Assembly (NCBI GenBank): GCA_963808245.1
Contig: CAWEES010000002.1
Span: 1,090,252 to 1,154,251 of the forward strand
DNA length: 64,000 nt
Direction: 5' to 3'
Origin: an uncultured Bacteroidota bacterium
Lineage (GTDB): Bacteria; Bacteroidota; Ignavibacteria; Kryptoniales; JAKASW01
The position numbers and the translations under genes are program-made. How positions within the stretch are numbered: the stretch's first letter is position 1; every line of letters starts with the position of its first letter. This document shows positions 18,778 through 28,023 of this stretch, in pieces. Under the pieces are notes generated by a model. It made no database searches. It was given only the letters and a program-made list of their open reading frames with translations, and was not told the DNA's origin.

Positions 18778-19938
18778 ATGAAAGTAATGAAGCTGATTGT
18801 AAAAAATGTTTTCCGGCATAAACTGAGGACCACGCTGACAATTGTAGGATTGGCAATCGCAGTTATGGCTTTTGGTCTCATACAAACGGCAGTCTCGGGT
18901 TGGAATTCGGGTGTTGCTTCATCGCAGGTTGACAGGCTCGTCACTCGCGACGCGGTAACAATCATCAACACTCTCCCTTATTCCTATCTTCAAAAGATTA
19001 AACAGGTGCCCGGCATAAAGAATATTACTTATATGAATTGGTTCGGCGGCACATATATCGATCAAAGTCATTTCTTTGCCCGCATGGCGGTCGATCCCAA
19101 TACGGTCTTCGATGTTTACCCGGAGTATTTGATTAGTAAAAAGGAATTGCAGGATTTTCAAAATGAAGGCAATTCATGCATAGTTGGAAGCTCACTCGCA
19201 AAGGAGTATAACTTCAAGCTTGGCGATATAATAGTAATCGACGGCGACATTTATCCGGGACGGTGGGAATTCGTGGTTCGGGGAATCTATAAGCCGAAGC
19301 TCCCTTCCACCGATGCGAAGCAAATGTTTTTTCAATGGAATTATCTGAACGAAAAGGTGAAGCAGGATTTTCCACAGAGAGGCGATCAGGTCGGGTGGTA
19401 CATCGAGAGGATCGACAACGCTGCGGACGCAAGCACTATCTCGAATAACATCGACGCATTGTTTGCCAACTCACCGGCTGAGACGAAAACCGAAACAGAG
19501 CGCGCATTTCAGCAGAGCTTCGTTTCGTCATCGAGCGCGATTATGAACGGGATGGAATACATGTCGTATATCATCGTGGGGATTATTATGTTAGTCCTCG
19601 GCAACACGATGATTATGTCGGCAAGAGAAAGGACGCGTGAATATGCGGTTCTGAAAGCTCTCGGCTTTTCCGCAAAACATCTCGTGGGTTTGATTCTCGG
19701 AGAATCGCTCTTCATTTCGGCGATCGGAGGCGGATTGGGAATATTTCTGACGTACGGTTCGGTAAACGGAATATCTGAATTCATCCCACGAAATTTCTTC
19801 CCCGTCTTCGAGGTTGAACCCACGATTTTGATCCTGGCAGTAGCCGCGGTAATCATCGTCGGAATTGCGGCGGCAATTTTACCGATTAGACGTGCTCTGA
19901 CCACCAGAATTGCGGACGGGTTCAGGTTTGCAGGTTAA
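18778..19938 (+). CDS. ABC transporter permease, FtsX/MacB-type
   Basis: 386 aa with an N-terminal TM segment, a large periplasmic domain, and a C-terminal FtsX-like 3-TM bundle (REYAVLKALGF). Confidence 0.85.
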   Translation: MKVMKLIVKNVFRHKLRTTLTIVGLAIAVMAFGLIQTAVSGWNSGVASSQVDRLVTRDAVTIINTLPYSYLQKIKQVPGIKNITYMNWFGGTYIDQSHFFARMAVDPNTVFDVYPEYLISKKELQDFQNEGNSCIVGSSLAKEYNFKLGDIIVIDGDIYPGRWEFVVRGIYKPKLPSTDAKQMFFQWNYLNEKVKQDFPQRGDQVGWYIERIDNAADASTISNNIDALFANSPAETKTETERAFQQSFVSSSSAIMNGMEYMSYIIVGIIMLVLGNTMIMSARERTREYAVLKALGFSAKHLVGLILGESLFISAIGGGLGIFLTYGSVNGISEFIPRNFFPVFEVEPTILILAVAAVIIVGIAAAILPIRRALTTRIADGFRFAG

Positions 19939-19989
19939 TCAAGAAAACTTAGGATTTATAACCTATAACTTAAAATTCAGGATTTGAAA

Positions 19990-21159
19990 ATGAGTGTTCC
20001 ATATAAATACATGGTTAAGAACTTCGGGAGAAGAAGACTTTCTACTCTCATCACGCTCGCCGGAATCGTCCTTGTAATATTCGTCTTCACAGCGGTTTTG
20101 ATGATGGCTAACGGCGTAAAGAAGACGCTTGCTGCAACCGGATCGCCGGACAACGTTGTCATAACAAGAAAAGGATCCAACGGCGAGATTTCCAGCATCA
20201 TACTCGGAGAGACGCAGAATGTCGTTGCAACACTTCCCTACATCGCGAAAACTTCCGACGGAACCCCGGCAATTTCATTTCAACCCGTCGTTGTGATAAA
20301 CCTCAGCACTCCCGACGGAGCGATGAGCAATGTTACCGTTCGGGGAGTCACGCAACAAACTTTATCCATCCATCCTAATGTCAGGATAATTGAAGGAAGG
20401 ATGTTTAACCCATCGCTGCGTGAAGTGATCGTCGGTCAGTCTGTCGAAAAGAGATACCCCGATGCCCGGATGGGCGGGTCCATTAAACTGGCTGGAGACC
20501 ACTGGAAAGTTGTCGGTGTTTTCTCAAGTGACGGAAGCGGGTTCGACTCGGAAATCTGGTGCGATTACCGTCAGATCCAGGAGGCGTTCCACAGAGGAAG
20601 CAGCGTTTCCTCCATCACTTTGAAATTGGACAATCTTTCCAACTACGACAAATTCAAACAGGCATTCCTATCGGACAGACGCCTTCAAGAGTTCGAGCCG
20701 AAATTGGAGCAGCAATATTTCTCGGATCAATCGGAAACGCTCACAACATTTATAAAGGTGATTGGAATTTTCGTTACGCTAATATTCAGCATCGGTGCTG
20801 CAATAGGCGCCATGATAACGATGTACGCTGAAGTCGCCAACCGAACGAAAGAAATCGGAACATTGCGGGCATTGGGGTTCAGCAGAAGAAGCGTCCTGAC
20901 GGTATTCCTCTTCGAGGCAATACTAATATCTATTACCGGAGGACTTTTAGGAATCGTACTCGCTTCCCTTCTACAGTTCTTCTCGGTATCCACAATGAAC
21001 TTCACATCCTTTTCGGAGCTGACTTTCAGTTTTGCTCTTTCGCCGTCGACCATCGTGGCATCACTGGTCTTTGCGGTTATGATGGGAATCTTCGGCGGTT
21101 TCTTCCCTTCCGCACGAGCGGCGAGATTGAATATCGTTAATGCCCTGAGAGGAGAATAG
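19990..21159 (+). CDS. ABC transporter permease, FtsX/MacB-type (second copy)
   Basis: Same architecture as the previous permease (KEIGTLRALGFSRR). I preferred the ATG at 19990 over the TTG at 19984. Confidence 0.85.
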   Translation: MSVPYKYMVKNFGRRRLSTLITLAGIVLVIFVFTAVLMMANGVKKTLAATGSPDNVVITRKGSNGEISSIILGETQNVVATLPYIAKTSDGTPAISFQPVVVINLSTPDGAMSNVTVRGVTQQTLSIHPNVRIIEGRMFNPSLREVIVGQSVEKRYPDARMGGSIKLAGDHWKVVGVFSSDGSGFDSEIWCDYRQIQEAFHRGSSVSSITLKLDNLSNYDKFKQAFLSDRRLQEFEPKLEQQYFSDQSETLTTFIKVIGIFVTLIFSIGAAIGAMITMYAEVANRTKEIGTLRALGFSRRSVLTVFLFEAILISITGGLLGIVLASLLQFFSVSTMNFTSFSELTFSFALSPSTIVASLVFAVMMGIFGGFFPSARAARLNIVNALRGE

Positions 21160-21162
21160 GTT

Positions 21163-22026
21163 TTGCGAACGGAGACTCCCGATATAAAACTGAAGGTAAA
21201 AGACTTAAATACAACTTCAGACCTCATCAACATCATTACCGTTTCAAATCTTACGAAAAAATTCGGAAGCATCGTTGCCGTTGACGATATCTCTTTCGAA
21301 GTGAAAAGAGGAGAAACGTTCGCGTTCCTTGGACCGAACGGGGCCGGGAAATCGACAACAATCAAAATGCTTACGACTCTGCTCCATCCGTCAAGCGGAA
21401 AGATTATTCTGAACGGACATGACCCGATTCATAATAAGGATGGGGTCAGAAAGTCTCTCGGCATAGTATTCCAGGACCCGAGCCTTGATGAGGATTTGAC
21501 CGCGTTTGAGAACATGCAATTCCACGCGGTGTGTTATAGGATACCAAAGAATATCAGGTCGCAACAGATTGAGGAGCTTTTAAAATTCGTGGAGCTGTGG
21601 GATAGAAAGGACGATTTTGTCAAAACCTTTTCCGGCGGTATGAAGCGCAGGCTGGAGATCGCCCGCGGATTGCTGCATCATCCCACAATTCTCTTCCTCG
21701 ACGAGCCGACTCTCGGCCTCGACCCGCAGACGAGGAACCACATGTGGAGCTATGTCAAAGACATAAACAAAAAAGAGAATATGACAGTATTCTTCACAAC
21801 GCATTACATGGAAGAGGCGGACAGGGTCGCGGACAGGATCGCGATCATCGACCACGGCAAGATCATCGCCACCGGTACTTCGGCCGAGCTGAAAAGCCGT
21901 ACTAATTCCGAAACACTTGAAGATGCCTTCCTGAGCATGACCGGACATAAGATACGGGAAGAAGAAGCGAGCAGTTTAGACCGGTTGAGAAAGATGGGAC
22001 AAATGTGGAGAGGAAGAAGACGATGA
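21163..22026 (+). CDS. ABC-2 type exporter ATP-binding protein (DrrA-like)
   Basis: Walker A GPNGAGKST, signature FSGGMKRRLEIARG, Walker B LFLDEPTLGLD. TTG is the only in-frame start available. Confidence 0.9.
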   Translation: MRTETPDIKLKVKDLNTTSDLINIITVSNLTKKFGSIVAVDDISFEVKRGETFAFLGPNGAGKSTTIKMLTTLLHPSSGKIILNGHDPIHNKDGVRKSLGIVFQDPSLDEDLTAFENMQFHAVCYRIPKNIRSQQIEELLKFVELWDRKDDFVKTFSGGMKRRLEIARGLLHHPTILFLDEPTLGLDPQTRNHMWSYVKDINKKENMTVFFTTHYMEEADRVADRIAIIDHGKIIATGTSAELKSRTNSETLEDAFLSMTGHKIREEEASSLDRLRKMGQMWRGRRR

Positions 22027-22772
22027 ACGTCATCTATATAATGTGGCTGCGACAGATTAAAAAGTATTTCAGGTCAAGATCAAGGATAATCGGGTCGCTC
22101 GGACAGCCGCTCCTTTTCCTCCTCGCTTTCGGATTCGGGTTCGGCTCGATTTACAAGAAAGCGGGGGAAGGAAATTATATGCAGTTCCTTGCGCCCGGAA
22201 TTATTCTGATGAGCGTCCTTTTCACCGCGATTTTCTCCGGTATTGATCTCATCTGGGACAGGCAATTCGGATTTTTAAAAGAGACTATGGTCGCGCCTGT
22301 ATCGAGACTGCAAATCATGTTAGGCAAGACGCTGGGTGGAGCGACCGTTGCAACTGTACAGGGAATCATCGTATTCGTGTTGACGCTTCTCGTCGGTTTT
22401 CATCCGCAAAATGTTTTCATGCTCCCCGTCGCCCTGATAGTAGTATTTCTGGTCGCGTTGCTTTTCACTTCTCTCGGAATAGGTCTCGCTTCAACAATGG
22501 AAGATATGCAGGGCTTCCAGTTGATAATTAACTTCCTCGTGATGCCGATCTTCTTTCTTTCGGGAGCGCTGTTCCCTCTTGAAGGCGCACCGAAAGCTCT
22601 GGACGTAATCGCGACGATCGATCCGCTGAGCTACGGCGTCGACGGTTTGCGATACTCATTTCTTTACTCGACGACGACATTCGGCATGGCAACGGACATG
22701 ATCGTCCTGGTTGTACTTACCGCGGCTCTCCTTGGAGTTGGAAGTTACATGTTCGAAAGGATCCAGGCGTGA
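22023..22772 (+). CDS. ABC-2 type transporter permease
   Basis: 6-TM protein. Its ATG overlaps the ATPase stop (ATGA). Confidence 0.85.
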   Translation: MNVIYIMWLRQIKKYFRSRSRIIGSLGQPLLFLLAFGFGFGSIYKKAGEGNYMQFLAPGIILMSVLFTAIFSGIDLIWDRQFGFLKETMVAPVSRLQIMLGKTLGGATVATVQGIIVFVLTLLVGFHPQNVFMLPVALIVVFLVALLFTSLGIGLASTMEDMQGFQLIINFLVMPIFFLSGALFPLEGAPKALDVIATIDPLSYGVDGLRYSFLYSTTTFGMATDMIVLVVLTAALLGVGSYMFERIQA

Positions 22773-22904
22773 TTCACTGGCGGTGAATCCCGGGAGAGTC
22801 GCAAATATCGGGTCCGGATAATTTAGGATTCGTTGTAACCTTCCCTCAAAGAGATTAAATTTCTTCCGTTCATTTGGAACTGCCAACTAATCCCGGTAAT
22901 AGCG

Positions 22905-24620
22905 ATGAAAAAACTTATACTCCTTTCCGTATTCGCGTTCTTGTATTCGACGCAAAGTATATTTGCCCAGGAGCCTTCTCATTATAATTGGGGGCCATTC
23001 ACAAGAGCAGATTCACTCCGCGGATACCTATCGCCGCTCAGGACATGCTACGACGTTACTTACTATCACCTGGATGTCGCCATAAACCCTGATTCGGAAT
23101 CGATCCATGGTTCCAATACTATCGCGTTCAGAGTTGTAACTCCATTTAACAAAATGCAGGTGGATCTTTTTGCAAACATGAAGGTCGACTCTATCAAATT
23201 TGAAGATGGAGCATTCCTGAACTATTCACGGGAATTTGGCGCGGTATTTATTGATATCCCCGGAGAACTGCAGACAGGAACGATTCACCAGATTATATTC
23301 TATTATTCCGGAAAACCGCAAGTCGCCGTAAACCCTCCGTGGGACGGCGGGTTCATCTGGAAAAAAGATAAGGAAGGCAACCCGTGGGTAATGGTGACAT
23401 GCCAGGGAACCGGCGCGAGCCTCTGGTGGCCGAACAAAGACCACCAATCCGATGAGCCGGACAGCATGTTGCTGAGCGTCACGATCCCCGATAAGCCAGG
23501 ACTCGAAGACGTTTCAAACGGAAGGCTGCGAAGCAAAGTCTCCCTGCCGGATGGTATGACACAATACAATTGGTTCATCAGCTACCCGATAAATAATTAC
23601 GACATAACCGTCAACATCGGCAAGTACGATCATTTCAGCGACGTTTATAAAAGCCGCGACGGGAGCAAGCTCACACTCGATTATTATGTTATGCCTGAGA
23701 ACTTGCAGAAGGCAAAGAAGCAATTCAAAGAAGTCAAGACTATGCTCGCCTGTTATGAGAAGTATTTCGGCAAATATCCCTTTTACCGGGACGGTTACAA
23801 ACTCATCGAATCGTCTCACAACGGCATGGAACACCAGACGGCAGTCGCGTACGGCAACCATTACCAGCTCGGTTACGAAGGAAGAGCGACATCTGCAGTC
23901 GGGCTGAAATTCGATTTTATTATCATACACGAAAGCGCGCATGAATGGTGGGGCAACAGCATAACTTCAAAAGATATTGCCGACATGTGGATACACGAGA
24001 GCTTCGGCGCATACGCGGAGGCTCTTTATGTCGAATACAACTGGGGACGCAAGGCTTCCCTGGATTATATCAACGCGAAGAAACAAAACGTCAGGAACGA
24101 AGAGCCGATAATCGGGCCTTACAACGTAAACCATGAAGGGGCAGGCGACATGTACGACAAGGGACAGCTTGTCTTGAACACACTCCGCGACGTTATCGGC
24201 AATGACAAATTATGGTTCTCGATCCTGCAAAGGATTCAGACAAAGTACGCTTATAAAACTGTCGACGCCGACGACATAATAAATTTTATCAACAAGAAAA
24301 CCGGCACCGATTATAATTACTTCTTCGAGCAATACCTCCGATACCCCACAATACCACAGCTGACCGTCGCAATAACGAAGAAAGGCGACAGCACGGCATT
24401 GCGATATATGTGGAACGCAGATGTGAAAGAGTTCAAGATGCCGATAAAGGTTACGACTTCTAAGGGGCACTTCGCGCTGATTCATCCCACGACGAAATGG
24501 CAGACGATGAAACTGAAAAACTTCGACCCGAAGGATTTCCAGGTCGATGAAGATGAGTTCTACTGCAAGGTGAAGATTTACAGATATTACTTAGACCCAA
24601 AGAGCAGCCTGAAACTTTAG
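22905..24620 (+). CDS. M1 family zinc metallopeptidase, secreted
   Basis: Signal peptide present. HESAHEWWGN (HExxH) is followed by WIHESFGAY, the distal Glu ligand of the gluzincin M1 family. Confidence 0.9.
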   Translation: MKKLILLSVFAFLYSTQSIFAQEPSHYNWGPFTRADSLRGYLSPLRTCYDVTYYHLDVAINPDSESIHGSNTIAFRVVTPFNKMQVDLFANMKVDSIKFEDGAFLNYSREFGAVFIDIPGELQTGTIHQIIFYYSGKPQVAVNPPWDGGFIWKKDKEGNPWVMVTCQGTGASLWWPNKDHQSDEPDSMLLSVTIPDKPGLEDVSNGRLRSKVSLPDGMTQYNWFISYPINNYDITVNIGKYDHFSDVYKSRDGSKLTLDYYVMPENLQKAKKQFKEVKTMLACYEKYFGKYPFYRDGYKLIESSHNGMEHQTAVAYGNHYQLGYEGRATSAVGLKFDFIIIHESAHEWWGNSITSKDIADMWIHESFGAYAEALYVEYNWGRKASLDYINAKKQNVRNEEPIIGPYNVNHEGAGDMYDKGQLVLNTLRDVIGNDKLWFSILQRIQTKYAYKTVDADDIINFINKKTGTDYNYFFEQYLRYPTIPQLTVAITKKGDSTALRYMWNADVKEFKMPIKVTTSKGHFALIHPTTKWQTMKLKNFDPKDFQVDEDEFYCKVKIYRYYLDPKSSLKL

Positions 24621-24682
24621 GTACCTGTCGGCTTTCATTTCCCCTTTTGAAGCGGAAGCTAGAGGAAAAAGAGGAACGTTCT

Positions 24683-24850
24683 GCAAGGGACTCCAAACAC
24701 TTTGCACGGTACTTCATTCGTTTTGCAGCGGGCTTTAAACGCTTTGTAAGGCACTTTATTGGCTTTGCAATGAGGTCGAAACGATTTGTAACGTACTTTA
24801 TTCGCTTTGCAAGGGACTCGAAAGGCTGTGTTGGGCTATTTAAACGAATT
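24683..24850. repeat. tandem repeat, 4 x 42 nt, degenerate
   Basis: Units lie at 24683-24724, 24725-24766, 24767-24808 and 24809-24850. Their consensus is GCAAGGGaCTcnAAACgnTTTGtAAgGnACTTtATTcGnTTT. Confidence 0.85.
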
Positions 24851-24883
24851 CCGAAGATTTTGAACGGGTAAGCCGTTGGTACT

Positions 24884-24909
24884 GGCTTAGTTTGGGCTTA
24901 AGGGGCTTA
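24884..24909. repeat. three direct GGCTTA hexamers at 11- and 9-nt spacing
   Basis: GGCTTA occurs at 24884, 24895 and 24904, immediately after the 42-nt repeats. Confidence 0.6.
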
Positions 24910-24920
24910 ATTTGATTTGG

Positions 24921-24955
24921 AGACAAAAAGAAAGGGAACACCTGTTGGTGTTCCC
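24921..24955 (-). terminator. intrinsic-terminator-like hairpin (T-rich tail on the minus strand)
   Basis: GGGAACACC (24934..24942) pairs with GGTGTTCCC (24947..24955) as a 9-bp stem with a 4-nt loop. On the minus strand the hairpin is followed by TTTCTTTTTGT. Confidence 0.5.
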
Positions 24956-25176
24956 GCGTGGTTAACTAAAAGGGGGACGTTGTTTTGTATTCCAATCTAA
25001 ACACTTTCAAAGCTCGGTACTATGAGCGTTATCACGCCGCTTTTCTCTTTTCAAATTCCCATATTAAGAACTCTTTCCAGGTAATTAAAGATTTTGAACA
25101 GGCAAACTGCTTACAAAGTTGTGTAACAAAAGAGAGTGAAAGATTTTGTCGGGAGTCTTAGCAAGCGTGAGATTAG

Positions 25177-25201
25177 ATTCCCGCTGAGAACATGCGGGAA
25201 T
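25177..25201 (-). terminator. stem-loop downstream of the minus-strand gene pair
   Basis: ATTCCCGC-9 nt-GCGGGAAT forms an 8-bp stem, 45 nt past the stop at 25246. There is no clear U-tract. Confidence 0.3.
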
Positions 25202-25245
25202 GACATATAGGAGATTATTTACTTGAAGACGTCTGCGGCAATTAA

Positions 25246-25887
25246 CTAGTTTTCACTGTTTGTATCTGCAGTTTCATATTGAGGGAATCTTACCCAAGTA
25301 CTGTCAATAAATTGCCATTGGTAGACAAAAGTATAAAAATGGCGCATATGCCATTGATCGCTATACCAAATTCTTCCGTTTACCCAAAATCGGTGAAGCC
25401 CGACTGTATCGAATTGCGGAATAAATTTTCTGGAGTCAACTGATTCCGAAATGCCTGGGGCAATAACCCTTGCAGTACTATCCGGTGGTTCTGTGAAATA
25501 TCGCGGATCATCTGCTCCCGCCCAATGTTCAAAGCGAACAACCTCTTTGAATTTGTAAGCAGGACTTTTACCGGAATTGGTATAGACCATTCTTATTTGT
25601 GGTTGCCCGTATTTCATGCCCACATCTATGAATGTGGGCACAGACGGGAAGACCCAAGGCCTATTTTGTTGAATGTTATTGTCCCGTGCAATATCAAGAG
25701 CCTCTTGTGTTTGGCCCAATTGGATGGAGTCTTTTTTCAGCTCATAAGTCAAAGCATCTTTAGCAACTCCCACTTGCCTCTTAGTCTCTATGTATAGACT
25801 AATGGCCACAATAATGGTCAAGATTAACAATAGGATTTCAAGCGGATCATGATACTTATAGAACCAATGGATTATGCGTTTCCACAT
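25246..25887 (-). CDS. membrane-anchored hypothetical protein (paralog A)
   Basis: 213 aa with one N-terminal TM segment (LEILLLILTIIVAISLYI) followed by a beta-rich domain carrying the motif YTNSGKSPAYKF. RBS GGGGGA lies 7 nt upstream. Confidence 0.6.
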   Translation of the reverse strand: MWKRIIHWFYKYHDPLEILLLILTIIVAISLYIETKRQVGVAKDALTYELKKDSIQLGQTQEALDIARDNNIQQNRPWVFPSVPTFIDVGMKYGQPQIRMVYTNSGKSPAYKFKEVVRFEHWAGADDPRYFTEPPDSTARVIAPGISESVDSRKFIPQFDTVGLHRFWVNGRIWYSDQWHMRHFYTFVYQWQFIDSTWVRFPQYETADTNSEN

Positions 25888-25944
25888 TGGTACATCCCCC
25901 TTATTCGTATTTTTGTCTACCTTATCAAGATTGCCCTTTGGGTG

Positions 25945-26496
25945 CTAATTGGCGTCGTTATGATGTATCCTAAGTTGGGCGGAGCTGTCTTTGGGATTCC
26001 AATTATAAGCGAAGTGGGTGTGGTGAACTTTGTGAAAGACGTCTTCATAGACGGCATTCCCAAATACTACGAGAACTTTTGTGCCTCGTCTAAACGAATC
26101 AACTTCGGACGGTGTGGTGGTAAAACTTATTTCGTGACTTACGCATATCCCTGTCGCAATTGTTGGCCCAACGCTTGTCGTAATCGTATCAACTCCTTCG
26201 AAATCTTGCAAGTTTGGACCCGGCGAACTCGTCACATGAGACAATTGATAGAAATAATAGGCTGGAGTTTTTCCCATGTTGATATATCTAACATGCGCTT
26301 CGTTAGTAGGAACAAAACCAACGCTATCAACAACGATGTATGCTCTCAATTCTTTTTCCTCTGTATCTTTCATAGTTTGGATCTGTTGCCAACTAAGACA
26401 AACTGCTATTGCAGCAACAATAAGACCGAAACCGGAAATAATAATCGGTTTCCAGTCGTATGGCTTTTTTATCATCGTCATTTCCCTTTTCATCAT
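25945..26496 (-). CDS. membrane-anchored hypothetical protein (paralog B)
   Basis: 183 aa with the same layout (TM segment IIISGFGLIVAAIAVCL) and motif YINMGKTPAYYF. The start codon is uncertain (26496, 26481 or 26475). Confidence 0.6.
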   Translation of the reverse strand: MMKREMTMIKKPYDWKPIIISGFGLIVAAIAVCLSWQQIQTMKDTEEKELRAYIVVDSVGFVPTNEAHVRYINMGKTPAYYFYQLSHVTSSPGPNLQDFEGVDTITTSVGPTIATGICVSHEISFTTTPSEVDSFRRGTKVLVVFGNAVYEDVFHKVHHTHFAYNWNPKDSSAQLRIHHNDAN

Positions 26497-27273
26497 GTTT
26501 CTCTGGGTCTCTTTATGTTTTTGTTAATGGTCCCTTATGTCTTCAGCGTGGAATCATAGAATTAATACTAGTACAATTGGGTTGGTTATTACTTGCCTTT
26601 TCTTTGATGAAAGCCCTCTCGTATCCATGATTACTTTTTCTTCGGATCTTTCGCCTCGACAATTTATTCCGTGGCTCCATCGAACTTCTTGTCGAGTTTG
26701 AGAGGTGCTTCGTGGTCACATTTTCTGTTCGATTTGCGTTTCTTGTCTTTATGGTTTTTTCGTCGGAACAAGTTCAGATAAAAATTCAGTTTGTAAGAAG
26801 GTGGCTTCCATGATCTTAATGGAACAGTTTAAGCAATATCTCTTTTTTAGATTTCAATTTCAATATCATCTGGAAATTTCAAATTGAGTCATTTGCTCAT
26901 AAACTAGTACTCATATTTCATTTGACTTTATATTTGAGGTTTATCAAATTAAGTCAATGAAACGGTGACATTGCAGCCCGCGGCAGGAGGTCAGATGCGT
27001 AAGGGAGCATGATTATTTGTTATAGGGCAGCGGGCTATTTTCTCGTTATTAATGAAGATGAATCCTCCGGATCCGTAGGAGGATTTTAGGTTTCTGGTCG
27101 TGCTTCTCCTTCCTGATTGGTCGGGGGGCATCATGGCAAACAGGATGTGAAGCAGTTATGGTTGATGGCTGCCGTCCGCAATCTTTTCAATTGAAGACGG
27201 TGATTAAATAGATCAAAACATCAAAACTGCCGCGGCATGGAGGGCTCCTGCCGCCGAGAAAAGGAGGATTACA

Positions 27274-27957
27274 GTGCCCGTAATAATCGATAGGACTCTT
27301 GTCCAGTCGGAGGCGCTTAAAGAGGGCCTCAACAACTACCAAATCATAATCACTTCAAAGGTGAACGGTCAGAAGAGGATCGACGACCTCAATTTGTTCC
27401 ACCAAAATCTTGTCACGGCAAATTCGAGCCAGATGGCGGCTGAGACCCAGATGGAAGTCCGGACGGCGCAAAAGAACAGCACTCTCAAGGCTGTAAAAGA
27501 CGCCGTGGCAGAGGTCGAAGAAGCGGCGAACTCGGCGTTTGAGGATGACCCTGCGACGTTGAAGCTATTCAAAGTCGACGTGGCCAAGCCGAGAACCGAC
27601 CAGGGATGGGTCGCACACATGGATTACCTGACCACTCCCGTTTACATGAACAGCGACGCGCTTATCGCGAATGGAATGGCCGCTGAAGACGTCGCAAACT
27701 TCCCTGTCCTTTACGCGAACCTGGTGGCGGCAATTGCCGCACAAAAGAACGCGACGAAGGTGCGGAACGCCGCGACCAAAACGAGGGATGCGGCATGCCG
27801 CGCGCTCGGGAGGAAGATAACTACGACACGCGAGTTCGCGAAGGCTGCGCTGAAGGGAAACGCGGCGGCACTTGAAGAGATAAAGCCGGTGAAGAATGCC
27901 CGCGGAAAATCGAAGATCGCTCCGCCGGTACCGGAACCGACGACTGCACAGAAGTGA
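27274..27957 (+). CDS. hypothetical Ala-rich, probably helical protein, no signal peptide
   Basis: GTG start 6 nt after AAGGAGG. The 227-aa ORF is visibly more GC-rich than its neighbours. Confidence 0.55.
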   Translation: MPVIIDRTLVQSEALKEGLNNYQIIITSKVNGQKRIDDLNLFHQNLVTANSSQMAAETQMEVRTAQKNSTLKAVKDAVAEVEEAANSAFEDDPATLKLFKVDVAKPRTDQGWVAHMDYLTTPVYMNSDALIANGMAAEDVANFPVLYANLVAAIAAQKNATKVRNAATKTRDAACRALGRKITTTREFAKAALKGNAAALEEIKPVKNARGKSKIAPPVPEPTTAQK

Positions 27958-27992
27958 ACTCACTCCCGCATAAGTACATCGGGGGACAGGCC

Positions 27993-28023
27993 CCTCCCCT
28001 CTCTTTAAAAAAGAGAGGGGAGG
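27993..28023 (+). terminator. strong perfect hairpin, terminator-like
   Basis: CCTCCCCTCTCT (27993..28004) pairs with AGAGAGGGGAGG (28012..28023), followed by TTT. It lies 36 nt after the stop at 27957. Confidence 0.5.

Noticed and set aside
20727-21365. 212-aa minus-strand ORF antisense to the FtsX permease / ABC ATPase junction
   Set aside because: The + strand genes have unambiguous Walker and FtsX motifs, so this is an antisense shadow ORF.
24647-24871. 74-aa ORF with periodic F-x-R-x-F peptide repeats
   Set aside because: The periodicity is produced by the 42-nt DNA tandem repeat, whose length is a multiple of 3. The ORF has no RBS, and I treat the region as a DNA repeat rather than a gene.
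25849-26559. 236-aa + strand ORF overlapping both minus-strand island genes
   Set aside because: It is Cys-rich with junk-like composition. The minus-strand frames are supported by paralogy to each other, TM helices and an RBS, so this is an antisense shadow.
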